DNA of 64,000 nt, from assembly GCF_964355755.1 (NCBI RefSeq), contig NC_092677.1, forward strand, positions 12,050,101-12,114,100, read 5' to 3'. Made by a program: the position numbers and the translations under genes. Below the pieces are notes generated by a model. The model made no database searches, was not told the DNA's origin, and saw nothing but the letters and a program-made list of their open reading frames with translations. Numbering within the stretch: position 1 is the stretch's first letter; every line of letters begins with the position of its first letter. Positions 51,611 to 63,713 of the stretch are shown in pieces. This DNA comes from Antedon mediterranea. Lineage: Eukaryota; Animalia; Echinodermata.

Positions 51611-53555
51611 GATGAGAATTATAACAATAATGATGAGAATGATAACAATAATGATGAAAATCAAGACAATAATGATAATAATGATAACAATAATGATGAG
51701 AATGATAACAATAATAATCAAAATGATAACAATTATGATGAGAATCAAGACAATAATGATGAGAATGGTAATAATGAAAATGAGAATGATAACAATAATG
51801 ATGAAACTGATAACAGTTATGATGATAACAGTAATGATGATGAGAATGATAACAGTGATGATGAGAATGATAACAGTGATGATGAGAATGATAACAGTGA
51901 TGATGAGAATGATAACAGTGATGATGAGAATGATAACAGTGATGATGAGAATGATAACAGTGATGATGAGAATGATAACAGTGATGATGAGAATGATAAC
52001 AGTGATGATGAGAATTATAACAGTGATGATGAGAATTATAACAGTGATGATGAGAATGATAACAGTGATGATGAGAATGATAACAGTGATGATGAGAATG
52101 ATAACAGTGATGATGAGAATGATAACAGTGATGATGAGAATGATAACAGTGATGATGAGAATGATAACAGTGATGATGAGAATTATAACAGTGATGATGA
52201 GAATGATAACAGTGATGATGAGAATGATAACAGTGATGATGAGAATGATAACAGTGATGATGAGAATGATAACAGTGATGATGAGAATTATAACAGTGAT
52301 GATGAGAATGATAACAGTGATGATGAGAATGATAACAGTGATGATGAGAATGATAACAGTGATGATGAGAATGATAACAGTGATGATGAGAATGATAACA
52401 GTGATGATGAGAATGATAACAGTGATGATGAGAATGATAACAGTGATGATGAGAATGATAACAGTGATGATGAGAATGATAACAGTGATGATGAGAATTA
52501 TAACAGTGATGATGAGAATGATAACAGTGATGATGAGAATTATAACAGTGATGATGAGAATGATAACAGTGATGATGAGAATGATAACAGTGATGATGAG
52601 AATGATAACAGTGATGATGAGAATGATAACAGTGATGATGAGAATGATAACAGTGATGATGAGAATGATAACAGTGATGATGAGAATTATAACAGTGATG
52701 ATGAGAATGATAACAGTGATGATGAGAATGATAACAGTGATGATGAGAATGATAACAGTGATGATGAGAATGATAACAGTGATGATGAGAATGATAACAG
52801 TGATGATGAGAATGATAACAGTGATGATGAGAATTATAACAGTGATGATGAGAATGATAACAGTGATGATGAGAATTATAACAGTGATGATGAGAATGAT
52901 AACAGTGATGATGAGAATGATAACAGTGATGATGAGAATGATAACAGTGATGATGAGAATGATAACAGTGATGATGAGAATGATAACAGTGATGATGAGA
53001 ATTATAACAGTGATGATGAGAATGATAACAGTGATGATGAGAATGATAACAGTGATGATGAGAATGATAACAGTGATGATGAGAATGATAACAGTGATGA
53101 TGAGAATGATAACAGTGATGATGAGAATGATAACAGTGATGATGAGAATTATAACAGTGATGATGAGAATGATAACAGTGATGATGAGAATTATAACAGT
53201 GATGATGAGAATGATAACAGTGATGATGAGAATGATAACAGTGATGATGAGAATGATAACAGTGATGATGAGAATGATAACAGTGATGATGAGAATGATA
53301 ACAGTGATGATGAGAATTATAACAGTGATGATGAGAATGATAACAGTGATGATGAGAATTATAACAGTGATGATGAGAATGATAACAGTGATGATGAGAA
53401 TGATAACAGTGATGATGAGAATGATAACAGTGATGATGAGAATGATAACAGTGATGATGAGAATGATAACAGTGATGATGAGAATGATAACAGTGATGAT
53501 GAGAATGATAACAGTGATGATGAGAATTATAACAGTGATGATGAGAATGATAACT
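51611..53555. repeat. 21-bp minisatellite (atgatgagaatKataacagtg), ~80 near-perfect copies after a degenerate start
   Basis: one G/T variant position; grades out of an AAT/GAT-rich tract at 51611-51840. Confidence 0.97.
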
Positions 53556-54105
53556 ATCCTGATAGTGTCCTCATTTATCTTTCAAAAATGTTTTCAATTT
53601 TTATAAATCTTTACAAATAAGACATCTGAACTTTTCTGAAAAATATAGAATAATAGTAATGAAAACTATTCATGGTTAGAATGAATGTTACTAACTGCTA
53701 AAATAAAATAGTATATTGATAATAAAGATAAAACATGTTATTATATAGATATAAAAAAAAGATAACATAATGGGAGTTGACATTCAATGACATAAAACGT
53801 AAAATAACAGAAACACATAAAATTAATATTATGGTTTGCATGTTGAGAACACATTAATGTTTGCAGTAACCATCAACAATCCTAACAAGCTCATTAATTT
53901 TAGCTTGATTCAAACTATGCCCAAATGAAAAGATGTACCTAAAGTGAAAGTAATTTGACCAATCACAAGCAACAGATCATCTACAACTGCTATGTAGCCT
54001 GTGATTGGTGAAATTACCTGCATTCTGTCCAAGTAGAACCAAGTTTAAAATCAATGCATGAAATAGAACAAAATGATTTGCATAAATACATAGAAAAATA
54101 CTCAC

Positions 54106-54372
54106 CGTATAAAACTTGAAAAGGCCGAATTCGTTTTCCTACTAAAACACCAAATGCTGGGTCGTCTACTCTTGTTATATATTGGGTGACATCAAAACTA
54201 GTTGTCGTTGTTTGTCCAATAACTGTATAGTCATCCAATCCATTTGACCAGGAATACAAAACAATTCGGTAGTTGTCGACTGGACCTTCTCCTAAGTCTA
54301 CGTCTGTTGTCCAGGCATCCCATGTTAATTGGTTGGCATTAACTGTTGGCAAATTCAGGAGTTGAGGCAGAT
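54106..54372 (-). CDS. Tie-like ectodomain gene, FN3 exon (last exon found)
   Basis: DLPQLLNLPTVNANQLTWDAWTTDVDLGEGPVDNYRIVLY...QVLY; phase 1-1; gtgagt donor. Confidence 0.8.
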
Positions 54373-54515
54373 CTATATGAAAAATAATATTCATGTTTAT
54401 ATATAAACAAATCAGGCAAAGAACAGTAATTCTAAACCGCCCGGTGATATACTGAAATTTAATTAATTAATTTTATACGATAAAGATGAGGAAATCTGTG
54501 AGAATGAGAAAAAGT

Positions 54516-54586
54516 CGCCCCAACCGAGACTCGAACTCGGACCGCCTGCTTGATATGCAGATGTCCTAACCATTAGACCACTGGGC
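54516..54586 (-). tRNA. tRNA-like copy 1 (AUC anticodon; 1-nt deletion in acceptor stem)
   Basis: identical to copy 2 except GCCCAG instead of GCCCCAG. Confidence 0.4.
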
Positions 54587-54878
54587 TTTCATGGTATTGT
54601 TCGAACTCGATTGGATAGCGACTCTTTAACATTCTCGGCGTGGTACGGCGAAACAGCACTAGTCCTCAGTTGTACACACGCGCAACAGAGATAAAATTGA
54701 TACGCCCTCATCTTTCAGTATTTTTATTCACGAGGCGGGATCTCCGAAGAGATACTTTTATATATATAAACAAATCAGGCAAAGAACAGTAATTCTAAAC
54801 CGCCCGGTGATATACTGAAATTTAATTAATTAATTTTATACGATAAAGATGAGGAAATCTGTGAGAATGAGAAAAAGT

Positions 54879-54950
54879 CGCCCCAACCGAGACTCGAACT
54901 CGGACCGCCTGCTTGATATGCAGATGTCCTAACCATTAGACCACTGGGGC
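54879..54950 (-). tRNA. tRNA-like gene, complete cloverleaf, anticodon AUC (nominally Asp); probably SINE-associated
   Basis: GCCCCAG/TTGGGGC acceptor, GTCT/GGAC D-stem, TCTGC/GCAGG anticodon stem with loop ATATCAA, CCGAG/CTCGG T-stem with TTCGAGT loop, G discriminator, T5 just downstream. Confidence 0.55.
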
Positions 54951-54969
54951 TTTCATGGTATTGTTAAAT

Positions 54970-55027
54970 CAGGGAAGAGTTAAATTAAATAAATAAATAA
55001 TTTTAATTTAAATTTAACTCTTCCCTG
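54970..55027. mobile_element. 58-bp palindromic mini-MITE with 7-bp TSD
   Basis: cagggaagagttaaatt...aatttaactcttccctg flanked by gttaaat on both sides. Confidence 0.78.
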
Positions 55028-55253
55028 GTTAAATACTATTATTATTGAAAAATAATATTCATGTTTATATACAATAACAATGGAGGGTTGTAAGTTACAA
55101 AAAATATAAGACACACACATAACTGACATAAGTAGGACTTAATCCAACACATGGTACATTTTATATCTTGAAATTACATGAAATATCCATGAAAGATTCC
55201 TACATTTTAAATATTGATTATTATTATTATTATAGCAATATACTGTAATTTAC

Positions 55254-55292
55254 CTGATTTTGAAACGCCAACAGATAGAAATTCTACATAAC
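55254..55292 (-). CDS. Tie-like gene, 39-nt linker exon
   Basis: ctgtctag|GT TAT GTA...TCA G|gtaaat; YVEFLSVGVSKS; phase 1-1. Confidence 0.55.
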
Positions 55293-55717
55293 CTAGACAG
55301 GAATAAAAGTAAGTGATATTTGACTATTGATTTTTTAAATACAGAGAACAGTTGAAGATATAGGGACAAACGATTTGTTGAAAAAGTTGGAATTTAGGAA
55401 ATATTATGAAATTTTTAAACAGATTTGTCTATGTGTTTATATATTTATGGTTTAAAAAGTCATACCAACTTGGTCACTATAATATAATATCAGGCATAAG
55501 CTATCATAAAAATCCAAATTGGAGCATTTATAATATTAATAAAAAATACAAAATCTTTCATTCCTGTCAGAGGCATATCCCAACTTTTGACAGCTAAAAT
55601 AAAACAAATCAGTCAAACAAATCTGGCTGTATTCAGTATTATATACAGTTTTGTTTTTTTAAAGTATGGTTTTGTTTACATCTCATTATTTGCTATAAAA
55701 AAAAGGAGAATTCTTAC

Positions 55718-55831
55718 TTATTTCACAGAGAAAATGTAATGGTGTATCACAAGGGAAATGACGCCATTGTCCATTTGTGGCATTCATACTGACACATGCT
55801 CCTCCTATCCCAGTATTTGAAGTCATAAAAT
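55718..55831 (-). CDS. Tie-like gene, C-type lectin domain 2, C-terminal half
   Basis: FMTSNTGIGGACVSMNATNGQWRHFPCDTPLHFLCEI; phase 1-1; AG/gtaaga. Confidence 0.88.
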
Positions 55832-56064
55832 CTGTGTATAAAAAAAAATGTATAGTAAGTCATCAGAAAGTAGAATAATTTACATTTAACAAGAATAATA
55901 TATTTTTGTTAAAAATAACTAATAGTAAACACAGGTTGCAGGACATTATAACATTTATTGATTTTAATGATTTGCGAATTGTTCTTTGATTAATATGTAT
56001 CAAATTTACATAAACTTTCAAAACTCTTATTCTTAAACCATAGATGCACTTTATTATTTTTGTT

Positions 56065-56815
56065 ATTATTTATTTATACTGGGCGACCTCTTCAGTCAAA
56101 GACTGGTCTCCAAGAGGGCCCAGTCATGATCCGTGGCTGTGATGTACTAGTACACTGGGGTAATCCCCTACTCGTCTCAAAAGATGTACCGTAAAACCTC
56201 GAAAAGAAGGCCATGGGCTTAAACCTCGAAAAGAAGCCCATCTCGAAAAGAAGCCCCCCTCTACAGTTTGCAAAAGTACTCTCGAAAAGAAGCCCATCTC
56301 GAAATGAAGCCCCCTGGGCTTCTTTTCAAGATAGTAAGGGCTTCATTTCGAGACAGACTACTCATACTGTATTGAGATGATGACGAAATTATTGTACTTG
56401 ACGTTGAATCATAGAACTGTTTTTTGCTTTTTATATTGTTTTTTAATTGGTATATTAAACATAATTTCATGGTTGAAAAAATGTCTCAAAAGTAGTAGAA
56501 ATTCACAAAATTTACAGCATTCATTTCGAAAAGAAGCCCCCGTCTACAGTTTGCAAAAGTACTCTTGAAAAGAAGCCCATCTCGAAAAGAAGCCCATCTT
56601 GAAAAGAAGCCCATCCAAGAGCACTAAAAAAAGAAGAAGCCCATGGGCTTCTTTTCGAGGTTTTACGGTATTAGGTTCTTTAAAGTGCACATGAAGAAGA
56701 CTTATTCTACCAAAAGAACCATGGAGTGAGTGTGCTTCGAACCCTTGCCAAAGTTATGGCTACATAATTATGATTCCACTGTCAGCTTAACCGTTCAGCA
56801 ACTCACTCACACAGA
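56065..56815 (-). mobile_element. SINE-like element interrupted by a MITE
   Basis: tttatttat tail, ctcttcagtc...gggcccagt...ggggtaatcccctactc body resumes after the MITE at ttaggttctttaaagtgcac; B-box-like ttcgaaccc at ~56737. Confidence 0.5.
56189..56668. mobile_element. MITE, Tc1/mariner-pogo type
   Basis: TIRs ccgtaaaacctcgaaaagaag / cttcttttcgaggttttacgg with TA flanks; internal ctcgaaaagaagccc repeats. Confidence 0.85.
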
Positions 56816-56991
56816 CATACTTCTAAAATGAGGATATTCTCCTCGTGGCAAACATAGCACTAAAGTACTTAGGTGTAGCAGCAATGAGTTGTTACAGCAC
56901 ACCTCCAGAGATAATAATACAGTGTGATTACACAATTACATATAACAGTACTAAAGACAAAAGAGGGGTTTACTGCATATTATTCACATAC

Positions 56992-57261
56992 TTTTATATT
57001 CACTCCATTCACTAGTTCCAACCCATTCAGATACATTTCCAAGTTGCTGAAGCTCGTAACCGATACAAACTTCTGACAAACTGTCCTCTCCATGTTGCTG
57101 CAATAATTGCAAAACATCTGTGTTTTCTTCAGCAGAGCTAATTACCGCCAGGTAACCTCCACTTATGTCACAAAACTGTTTTGCTTGTTGCCAGGTCATT
57201 TGATTTTCGGAAATGTAGTAGAAAGACGATCCTATAGGATGCATTCTTGGAGGACTATTAC
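56992..57261 (-). CDS. Tie-like gene, C-type lectin domain 2, N-terminal half
   Basis: FYYISENQMTWQQAKQFCDISGGYLAVISSAEENTDV...CIG; phase 1-1. Confidence 0.9.
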
Positions 57262-57569
57262 CTAAAATAGAATAAAGAAAAATTAAGATGATGATGATCA
57301 TAATAATTACTTACTGCATGACAAGATAAGATTTTATTTATTTTATCTTACATTTAGGAAAATGTTCTCAATGTTAGCGTTTCAATTTCGATAGCTTTAC
57401 AGATAGGCCTAAGCATATTCCGAGCTTGATTTGCTTTAAGCTCTATCTACACACAAAAATGTGAGGTAGATGGATATATTATGTCATCATGGTACTCCGA
57501 AATAAAAAGATGAATGAATGAAAACGCTGCACTAGCATTATGTAAAGAGAAACTAAAAATATGTCTAAC

Positions 57570-57689
57570 CTTTTTGACAAATTGGTATTCCCATATAATC
57601 ATCACAAGCTATGTTCTCTCTAGAGAAGTCATCTTCTAAGTTTATTACCGTACAGTCAACATCTTCAGATGTTAAATTGAAGTGCATAT
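57570..57689 (-). CDS. Tie-like gene, C-type lectin domain 1, C-terminal half
   Basis: MHFNLTSEDVDCTVINLEDDFSRENIACDDYMGIPICQK; phase 1-1. Confidence 0.82.
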
Positions 57690-58098
57690 CTAGTAAATAT
57701 GAACATAACTTGAATCAAAATATTTATATAAAATTTAAATAGCATAATCCTCAGTTAGTCACTTTGTGTTGGGCAGCACATAATCACACTTTCTAAAAAG
57801 AACATATGGTCATATTCCAGTATTTAAAACAAATGACAACGCTTGAATTTCCACTAAAGTGGTCCATGTTAGTGCACTCATATGGGGAAGTGGTGTTGCA
57901 TTTGAGCAAAATAGCCCAGTTCAATCTTGGGGCTGAGGCTGACAGCTTTAGAGCATATGAAATACCATCTGACTAGCCTCAATATAGGCAGTATATTAAT
58001 TGGTGAAGAGCACACAATAAAAGGGTAGAAAACGTCTTTCTTTAGACCTTATTTAATAAATATGAAAATGAATATGTTCAAAATTAAATAACTATTAC

Positions 58099-58377
58099 CG
58101 GGGGGATCAACAGTGCCTGCAATTATAGCAAAATTATATCCATCCCAAATATATAGGTCATTGATGTCCTTGCGCATGCCCATCAACAACTGATTAGAAT
58201 CCAGTGGTTGGCTCTCAAGCGTATGCAGTATAAAGTTTTTAATGTTGACAGAAGAGAAGTGAATTAGCTGTGACTGTCTTGTCTTACAGTAAACATCTCC
58301 TTCATTCCAAGACATTAATGTGTTGTTAATGTGGATGCATTGATCATCAAATGCTATCCAATTAGTATCACATTGAT
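58099..58377 (-). CDS. Tie-like gene, C-type lectin domain 1, N-terminal half
   Basis: QCDTNWIAFDDQCIHINNTLMSWNEGDVYCKTRQSQL...; phase 1-1. Confidence 0.88.
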
Positions 58378-58694
58378 CTAGAAAACAAAAAAATATCCAC
58401 AGTGTACACAGTTCGATGTTATAAAGAAAGCCACTCTATGGAATAAGGCTAGACTGAGTTTATCAGGCAATCTTTGAAGACCAGGGGTATTAGGCTATCC
58501 TGGAGTAAAAGGCCATCATAAAGTACATGGTTCACGGTCTCCCTGAGGTATAAGGCACCCCCGAGGTATAAGGCCTCAGGATTGTAAACCAGTAATTTAA
58601 ACTTTAGCTTCAAGACTTCACTGGTTTACAATCAATACTACATATCAGTATACTAATCGAAACCAAAGGAAAATGTTTCACTAATATTACCTAC

Positions 58695-59012
58695 CATACT
58701 CTGGGATCCACAATACAGGACCTGGCTTTCCTGCAACAATAAGTGTACCAACTTTTTTTGTTGCTCGAATCATGACTGAGTAAGGCAAGTTTGGTTGTAA
58801 ACCTGTTACCTCCCACGAGGTACCATTTATAACGCCTACCAATGCTGGAGTTTGTCCTTCCTCCGGGTACCACGTATCCCAAAGGTAGACTCTGTAGTTG
58901 ATAATAGGACCAAGACCAAAATCATGTTCATTGTTCCATCTGTTCCAACTGACAATCGCACTGTTAGCCTCCCTAGCCTCAACCCATGGTGTGTCATACA
59001 ATGCTGGCAAGA
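58695..59012 (-). CDS. Tie-like gene, FN3 exon
   Basis: SAIVSWNRW...GLGPIINYRVY...VTGLQPNLPYSVMI; phase 1-1. Confidence 0.9.
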
Positions 59013-59409
59013 CTAAAATTGTAAAAAGTTTATGACAATGTTTTGAGATTTAAAATAGGAAAAATATAGGCCTGTTATTTACCATATTTTCCCAAAAACA
59101 ATTAATTTATTCTATTTCTACATTGCATTTAAGCTTTTTCTTGAAATTTGCTTTCAAAATTTTTTATATTATTGTTAGGGCCAATTTACACAGATGAGTG
59201 GTAACGATATGTGGAAAACTGCGTAACTCCAGAATCTGTATCTATCTTGAGCAGAAACCATTCGTCCGCTACGTGATTTGTGTAAATAGTCACAAGGAAT
59301 GACATAGATTCTATATTTTTATTACCGTTATTGCTCGTGTTTGTAAATTGGGCTTTAACTGTATGTTTTACTTTGCAGGTAACCGTTTCATAGAACAAAC
59401 ACGAAAAGG

Positions 59410-59492
59410 AATTGTAACTGTCCTGATATCTGATTTGAACCCAGGACTCTAAGATCAGTAACTGACCATCTTAACCACCTAGCTACAGCTTG
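59410..59492 (-). mobile_element. tRNA-derived SINE head; related copy at ~63805-63865
   Basis: minus strand agctgtagctaggtggttaag...ctgggttcaaatc (A and B boxes). Confidence 0.5.
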
Positions 59493-59575
59493 ACTATTAC
59501 TACTAAAAAACTAGACAATATCAAGAAATAAAGGTTAAGAAGTCAGACTGAAGTTAGTGTTTCAGAAAAAACAAC

Positions 59576-59728
59576 CTGTTTGACAGCCTTCTCCTGCCCA
59601 TCCTGTCTCACATCCATTTTCACATGTACCATTGAACTTGTGACAGTTTGCTTGATTATGACAATGACATTTCTTGTGACATTGTTCCCCAAAGAAACCA
59701 ACAGGACAAGGTGTATCTGCTTCATAAT
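59576..59728 (-). CDS. Tie-like gene, EGF-like exon
   Basis: CPVGFFGEQCHKKCHCHNQANCHKFNGTCENGCETGWAGEGCQT. Confidence 0.92.
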
Positions 59729-60243
59729 CTAAATAAAGCAAAAACAAACAATCTTCAATTCAGAGTCTATTAAAAAATGAACAATAGTTCTCCATAAGTT
59801 TTATAATAATCTCACTAAAACAAATTAAAGAGTAATATTCTTAAAACATACTCCTCTGTGGTTATAATACACCCTTAGTATATTACTATTTATAAACCAA
59901 GAAATATGTCCGTATCTAAATCATAAAAATTGGATGTTGATCACTGTTGATACAACAGATTTTACAAAGTGGGTTGCTATGGAGCTTTCACTTTTCTACG
60001 ATTGACAACCTAGGAACTACGCATTTGTGTAGTCAGTTGTCGTCTGTACTTAGAAATCAACAGAGTGAGGCGGCAGAGTACGTTTAAACTTTTCTGCATG
60101 TAAGTGCACAAGGAATAAACATGACATAACCTGTTAATGTTCAATATTTATACCAAGTTAACTGAGTTTCTTATTGTGATGTGGTGAGCACCAAATGTGT
60201 AGATTCACAAACATTTTGTACAGGGAGCAACTTTACTACCTAC

Positions 60244-60375
60244 CTTGACATGAAGGTCCAGTGAATCCAGGAAAACAAGCAGATGTGTCATTACACCCAA
60301 ACGTTTTATCACAGGTAGTTATATCACAGTTACATGTTTGTTGACAATTGGAACCATACATTGGCGCAACACATT
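60244..60375 (-). CDS. Tie-like gene, EGF-like exon
   Basis: CVAPMYGSNCQQTCNCDITTCDKTFGCNDTSACFPGFTGPSCQ. Confidence 0.92.
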
Positions 60376-60585
60376 CTGAAAAATTAAAAAACCGGCTTTT
60401 TCTCATGCTATTTATATTTATAGTGAGGAGAGTACATGGGTAAAAACAACTGGCTAATACTGATGTCATCTATATTTAGTAGGTACACATTGAGTTTTTT
60501 TAATATGCCCATACTATTCATGGTGCTATGATCAAGAGAATGCTAGGTACAAAACTCATTAAATTTTCAAAGAATACTTTCGTAC

Positions 60586-60708
60586 CTTGTAAGCACGTCA
60601 TTCCTGTTTGTCCTGGAAAACAACTGCAGCCAATAGGTGATGGAGCACACATAAAGTGTTGGCTATTAAAACTTCTATACTCATCCATACCATACGAATC
60701 CAAAGTAC
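60586..60708 (-). CDS. Tie-like gene, degenerate EGF exon
   Basis: FMCAPSPIGCSCFPGQTGMTCLQ resembles the Tie FCLPDPYGCSC motif; N-terminal Cys residues are absent. Confidence 0.82.
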
Positions 60709-61319
60709 CTGAAAACATTAACAAGTTAAATGGTCTAATGAATATCAGCTAATCTATTAGAAAGTACTTCAATTAAAAATTTAACATATAGTATAAGTTT
60801 TTACTAAATTTATATTTATGTATGTATGTATGTATAATTAATATGAGTTTTATCTGAACGTACATTATTTGTTGTTATGTTTATATGTATTCACTCTTCA
60901 GTCTTTATAAAGCTCTGTCTACATTAACAAACTTTATGTGACAACAAATGTGATGTGCCAATGGACATGGTGTTGTAATACTACTATCACTAATTTAATA
61001 GTGTAGACAGAGCTTAAACAAATATTTAAACATTTTTCTTTTATGTTTAAAATTATTTGCTTTATATTGTAACTTTTTTTACATTATGTTTCATTTTTTT
61101 TATCTTCTAAGCATTCATGAGAAATATTTAAGCTCTTTCTTCTGAATGCACTTTCTTTTCTCTTCTTTTACTCATTTTTGTTTTATATATATTCGGTCTG
61201 TTTGTTATCAAGTTTTGGTCAAATATATGAATGAGATGACAAAATCTACAGCACATTTTACATTAGAAAGTGAAAAAACATGTCATTTTCAGTATATAAA
61301 AATAAAAAACTCTTCTTAC

Positions 61320-61454
61320 CTTCCTCACAGAATTGACCGAGAAATCCAGGTGGACAGATACAGGTGCAAGATCTGGCATGACAACGTCCACCATTGTAAC
61401 AAACTGGACAATTAAGAGCACAGGATGGGATACCACAATAAGAAGTCGGACATT
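61320..61454 (-). CDS. Tie-like gene, EGF exon
   Basis: CALNCPVCYNGGRCHARSCTCICPPGFLGQFCE, like Tie EGF1. Confidence 0.92.
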
Positions 61455-61631
61455 CTGTAAAGACAGGAGTATGCACAATACCAAAATAAACAGAAATTAT
61501 AAATAGGGGAATAAAAAAAGTGGCAATGATTAAGAACTTTTCAGAGTTTTTCTGATAATATATGTTCTGTTTCTTCTAAAAGGAAATTACAAGAAAAAAA
61601 AAGTCAGATTAGAAGTTAATGAAGTACATAC

Positions 61632-61886
61632 CAGTTACATATAAAAACATGTAAGTGTGTTTCAATTCATGTCGTCTCCCCAGGTAATAACACTCGTAAA
61701 CACCTTCATCTTCTCGACGAGCATTCTTAATTATCAATTTGTTAGAGTTTATCCCTTTACCATACAAAAACTTGCTATTGTGGCGCCACCGAAGATTCTC
61801 AGTATCAAGACTTTCAACGTTAAGTGTAATGGTTTCACCAAGGCCAATAGTCACAGTTCTTTCGTTAGGGTTAACATCAATTTCAG
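61632..61886 (-). CDS. Tie-like gene, Ig domain exon
   Basis: TVTIGLGETITL...LRWRHN...DEGVYECY; phase 1-1. Confidence 0.9.
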
Positions 61887-62561
61887 CTGCATAGATTAAT
61901 AAACAAAAAAATAAGTAGTAGCAAGATAAACAACATTAATCTTTATGCAACAAGTTTCAAAATTTCATTTCAAGATAGCAAATTTGTTAACAAAATCATT
62001 TTATGTAACAAAACCTAAAAAAACTAAAGAATTACTTTTACTCTGCTGGAAAAAAAATAAAAACTTTGATTTCAATCGTTTATCTGCTTATCCAAAAACG
62101 TAATATAGGAAAATATTTTATGATTTTTATTGGGAGATCATGGGCTGGCAATGATACACTTTAGGTTAAGATTTGCTGAGGCTTTATTCACCAAACCAGT
62201 TCTTTTTCTTAAGATTATTTTTTTGTTGCTAAAGGAGCGGTCATGCTTTGGCCAATTTATCACTTTTGATGAGCTGTCATACATTATTTACCAGACGTAT
62301 TAAAATATGCTGGCCTAAGTTGAATAAATTATGAGTAAGTTTTGTATAAGTATAGATCACCCTGAAACATGCGATGATATACGTATAATATATGTCTATT
62401 GGTAAATCCAAATTAATTTTTGGTACGGTCGACAATTGGCAACATCATTTTTGTCACATAAAGTTTGATAGTGTAGACAGAGCTTTAATCATGCGTGATA
62501 TATCTTAATAAGCAACTTCAAAGAATCTGAAACCTGATTATAAAAAAATTAACAGAATTAC

Positions 62562-62900
62562 CTCCTTCGTTTAGAACAATACTGTGTACAGTTGTACTTT
62601 GGCCATTCATTTCCAGACGGCAGTTATACTCTCCACCTCGAGGTAGATTAGGGTTTATTGTGAGTTTTCTTTGATATTGATATGGAAAGGTTGCTATTGT
62701 ATCATCGGGAAGGTCAGAATTTTGTCCATTTGATGAAGATGGTAAGATTTCAAGGTCTTTTGTGCTATAACTTGTTAATGATAGTAAGGTACCAATGAAG
62801 ACATTGCTTGAATCTCTACTCAAAATGTAACACCTCATTATATTGTGTATTTCGTTGTTGAGTTCTGGATTGGTCAATATTACTAAGTTCAATGGTCTAT
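62562..62900 (-). CDS. Tie-like gene, Ig-like exon
   Basis: LNLVILTNP...MRCYI...GGEYNCRL; phase 1-1; AG/GT. Confidence 0.82.
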
Positions 62901-63529
62901 CTGAAAAAACAAACAATATAAAATTAATGAATGTTTATGAGTTGAATAGTGAGAATAGAGTTTAAAGATTTGTTCTATTTAACGAGGTGGAGCTGGGTTA
63001 AATAGAACAGGTCATCTTCAAGGTTAAAAATAGACATATTATAAGAACTCAATCACAGCTCGAAAAGTGGTCCATCACGGAGAAGGACCAACCAATAAGG
63101 CTGCATTAATGGACCAATCAGATACGTCCGTTTGAAGCCCCACCCATGCAGTCATCACGCATTGCATTGTAGCATGTTAAGGGCATCAACCCTAGAATAT
63201 ATTCTTATACGATCCATATATGCAAAAATTGAAGTTTTTTACCAAGAAATTATTTATTTTATTGCCATTCACAATAGAGTTAATTTTTAAAAAAGTTATT
63301 AAAACAAGCATGAATGTGCGATACTCGGGGTATAGCAAAAGAAGCTGTAATGACGTCATAAGAAGGGATGTAACGTCACATACACCTCATTAACCTCGCT
63401 ACCAAATACGTATATATTCCGAAAAGTTACGTCACATAACCGGAAATGGCATACTTTTTATTTATTTTGTTTTAAATACCTGGTGGGGTTTGGGGACTGC
63501 AGCACAGTTTATGACAGTATTTTAATAAA

Positions 63530-63713
63530 TACCCGTCACAATGATCGGTTGTGCTTCTGCCATCAAGCATCAAGGACACAGGCTTTTCATTCAATAGCCA
63601 TCAGATTACCCCATGTCTGGGACCAACTTCCGAAATCATTGACAGATGCTGCAGTCCTAGAAAGCCCATCAGCCTTCATTAGAAAAGTTCACATTCATTG
63701 TGTTTCGCTTTAA
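63530..63713 (+). mobile_element. 3' remnant of a CR1/L2-type LINE ORF2
   Basis: HSIAIRLPHVWDQLPKSL resembles the F..R....WN.LP terminal motif. Confidence 0.4.

Larger units (their letters stand above)
54404..55045 (-). mobile_element. Partially tandem tRNA-bearing insertion flanked by a 26-bp direct repeat
   Basis: ~200-bp repeats at 54400-54601 and 54762-54965 (period 363); tgaaaaataatattcatgtttatata at 54378-54403 and 55046-55071; related fragment at ~27226-27310. Confidence 0.75.

Noticed and set aside
51612-53606. 664-aa (MMRMITV)n ORF
   Set aside because: Artefact of a 21-bp stop-free minisatellite
53854-54025. Possible micro-exon plus terminal exon (YIFSFGHSLNQAKINELVRIVDGYCKH*) for the Tie-like gene
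   Set aside because: The splice-like sites lie in a decayed copy of the ttgaccaatca MITE (53901-54046) and the peptide has no recognisable homology; cannot be excluded without RNA data
54600-54760. Hammerhead ribozyme in the tRNA-bearing element (ctgagga on minus, cgaaac on plus)
   Set aside because: The core motifs are on opposite strands and I could not build stems I-III by eye; needs an Infernal search
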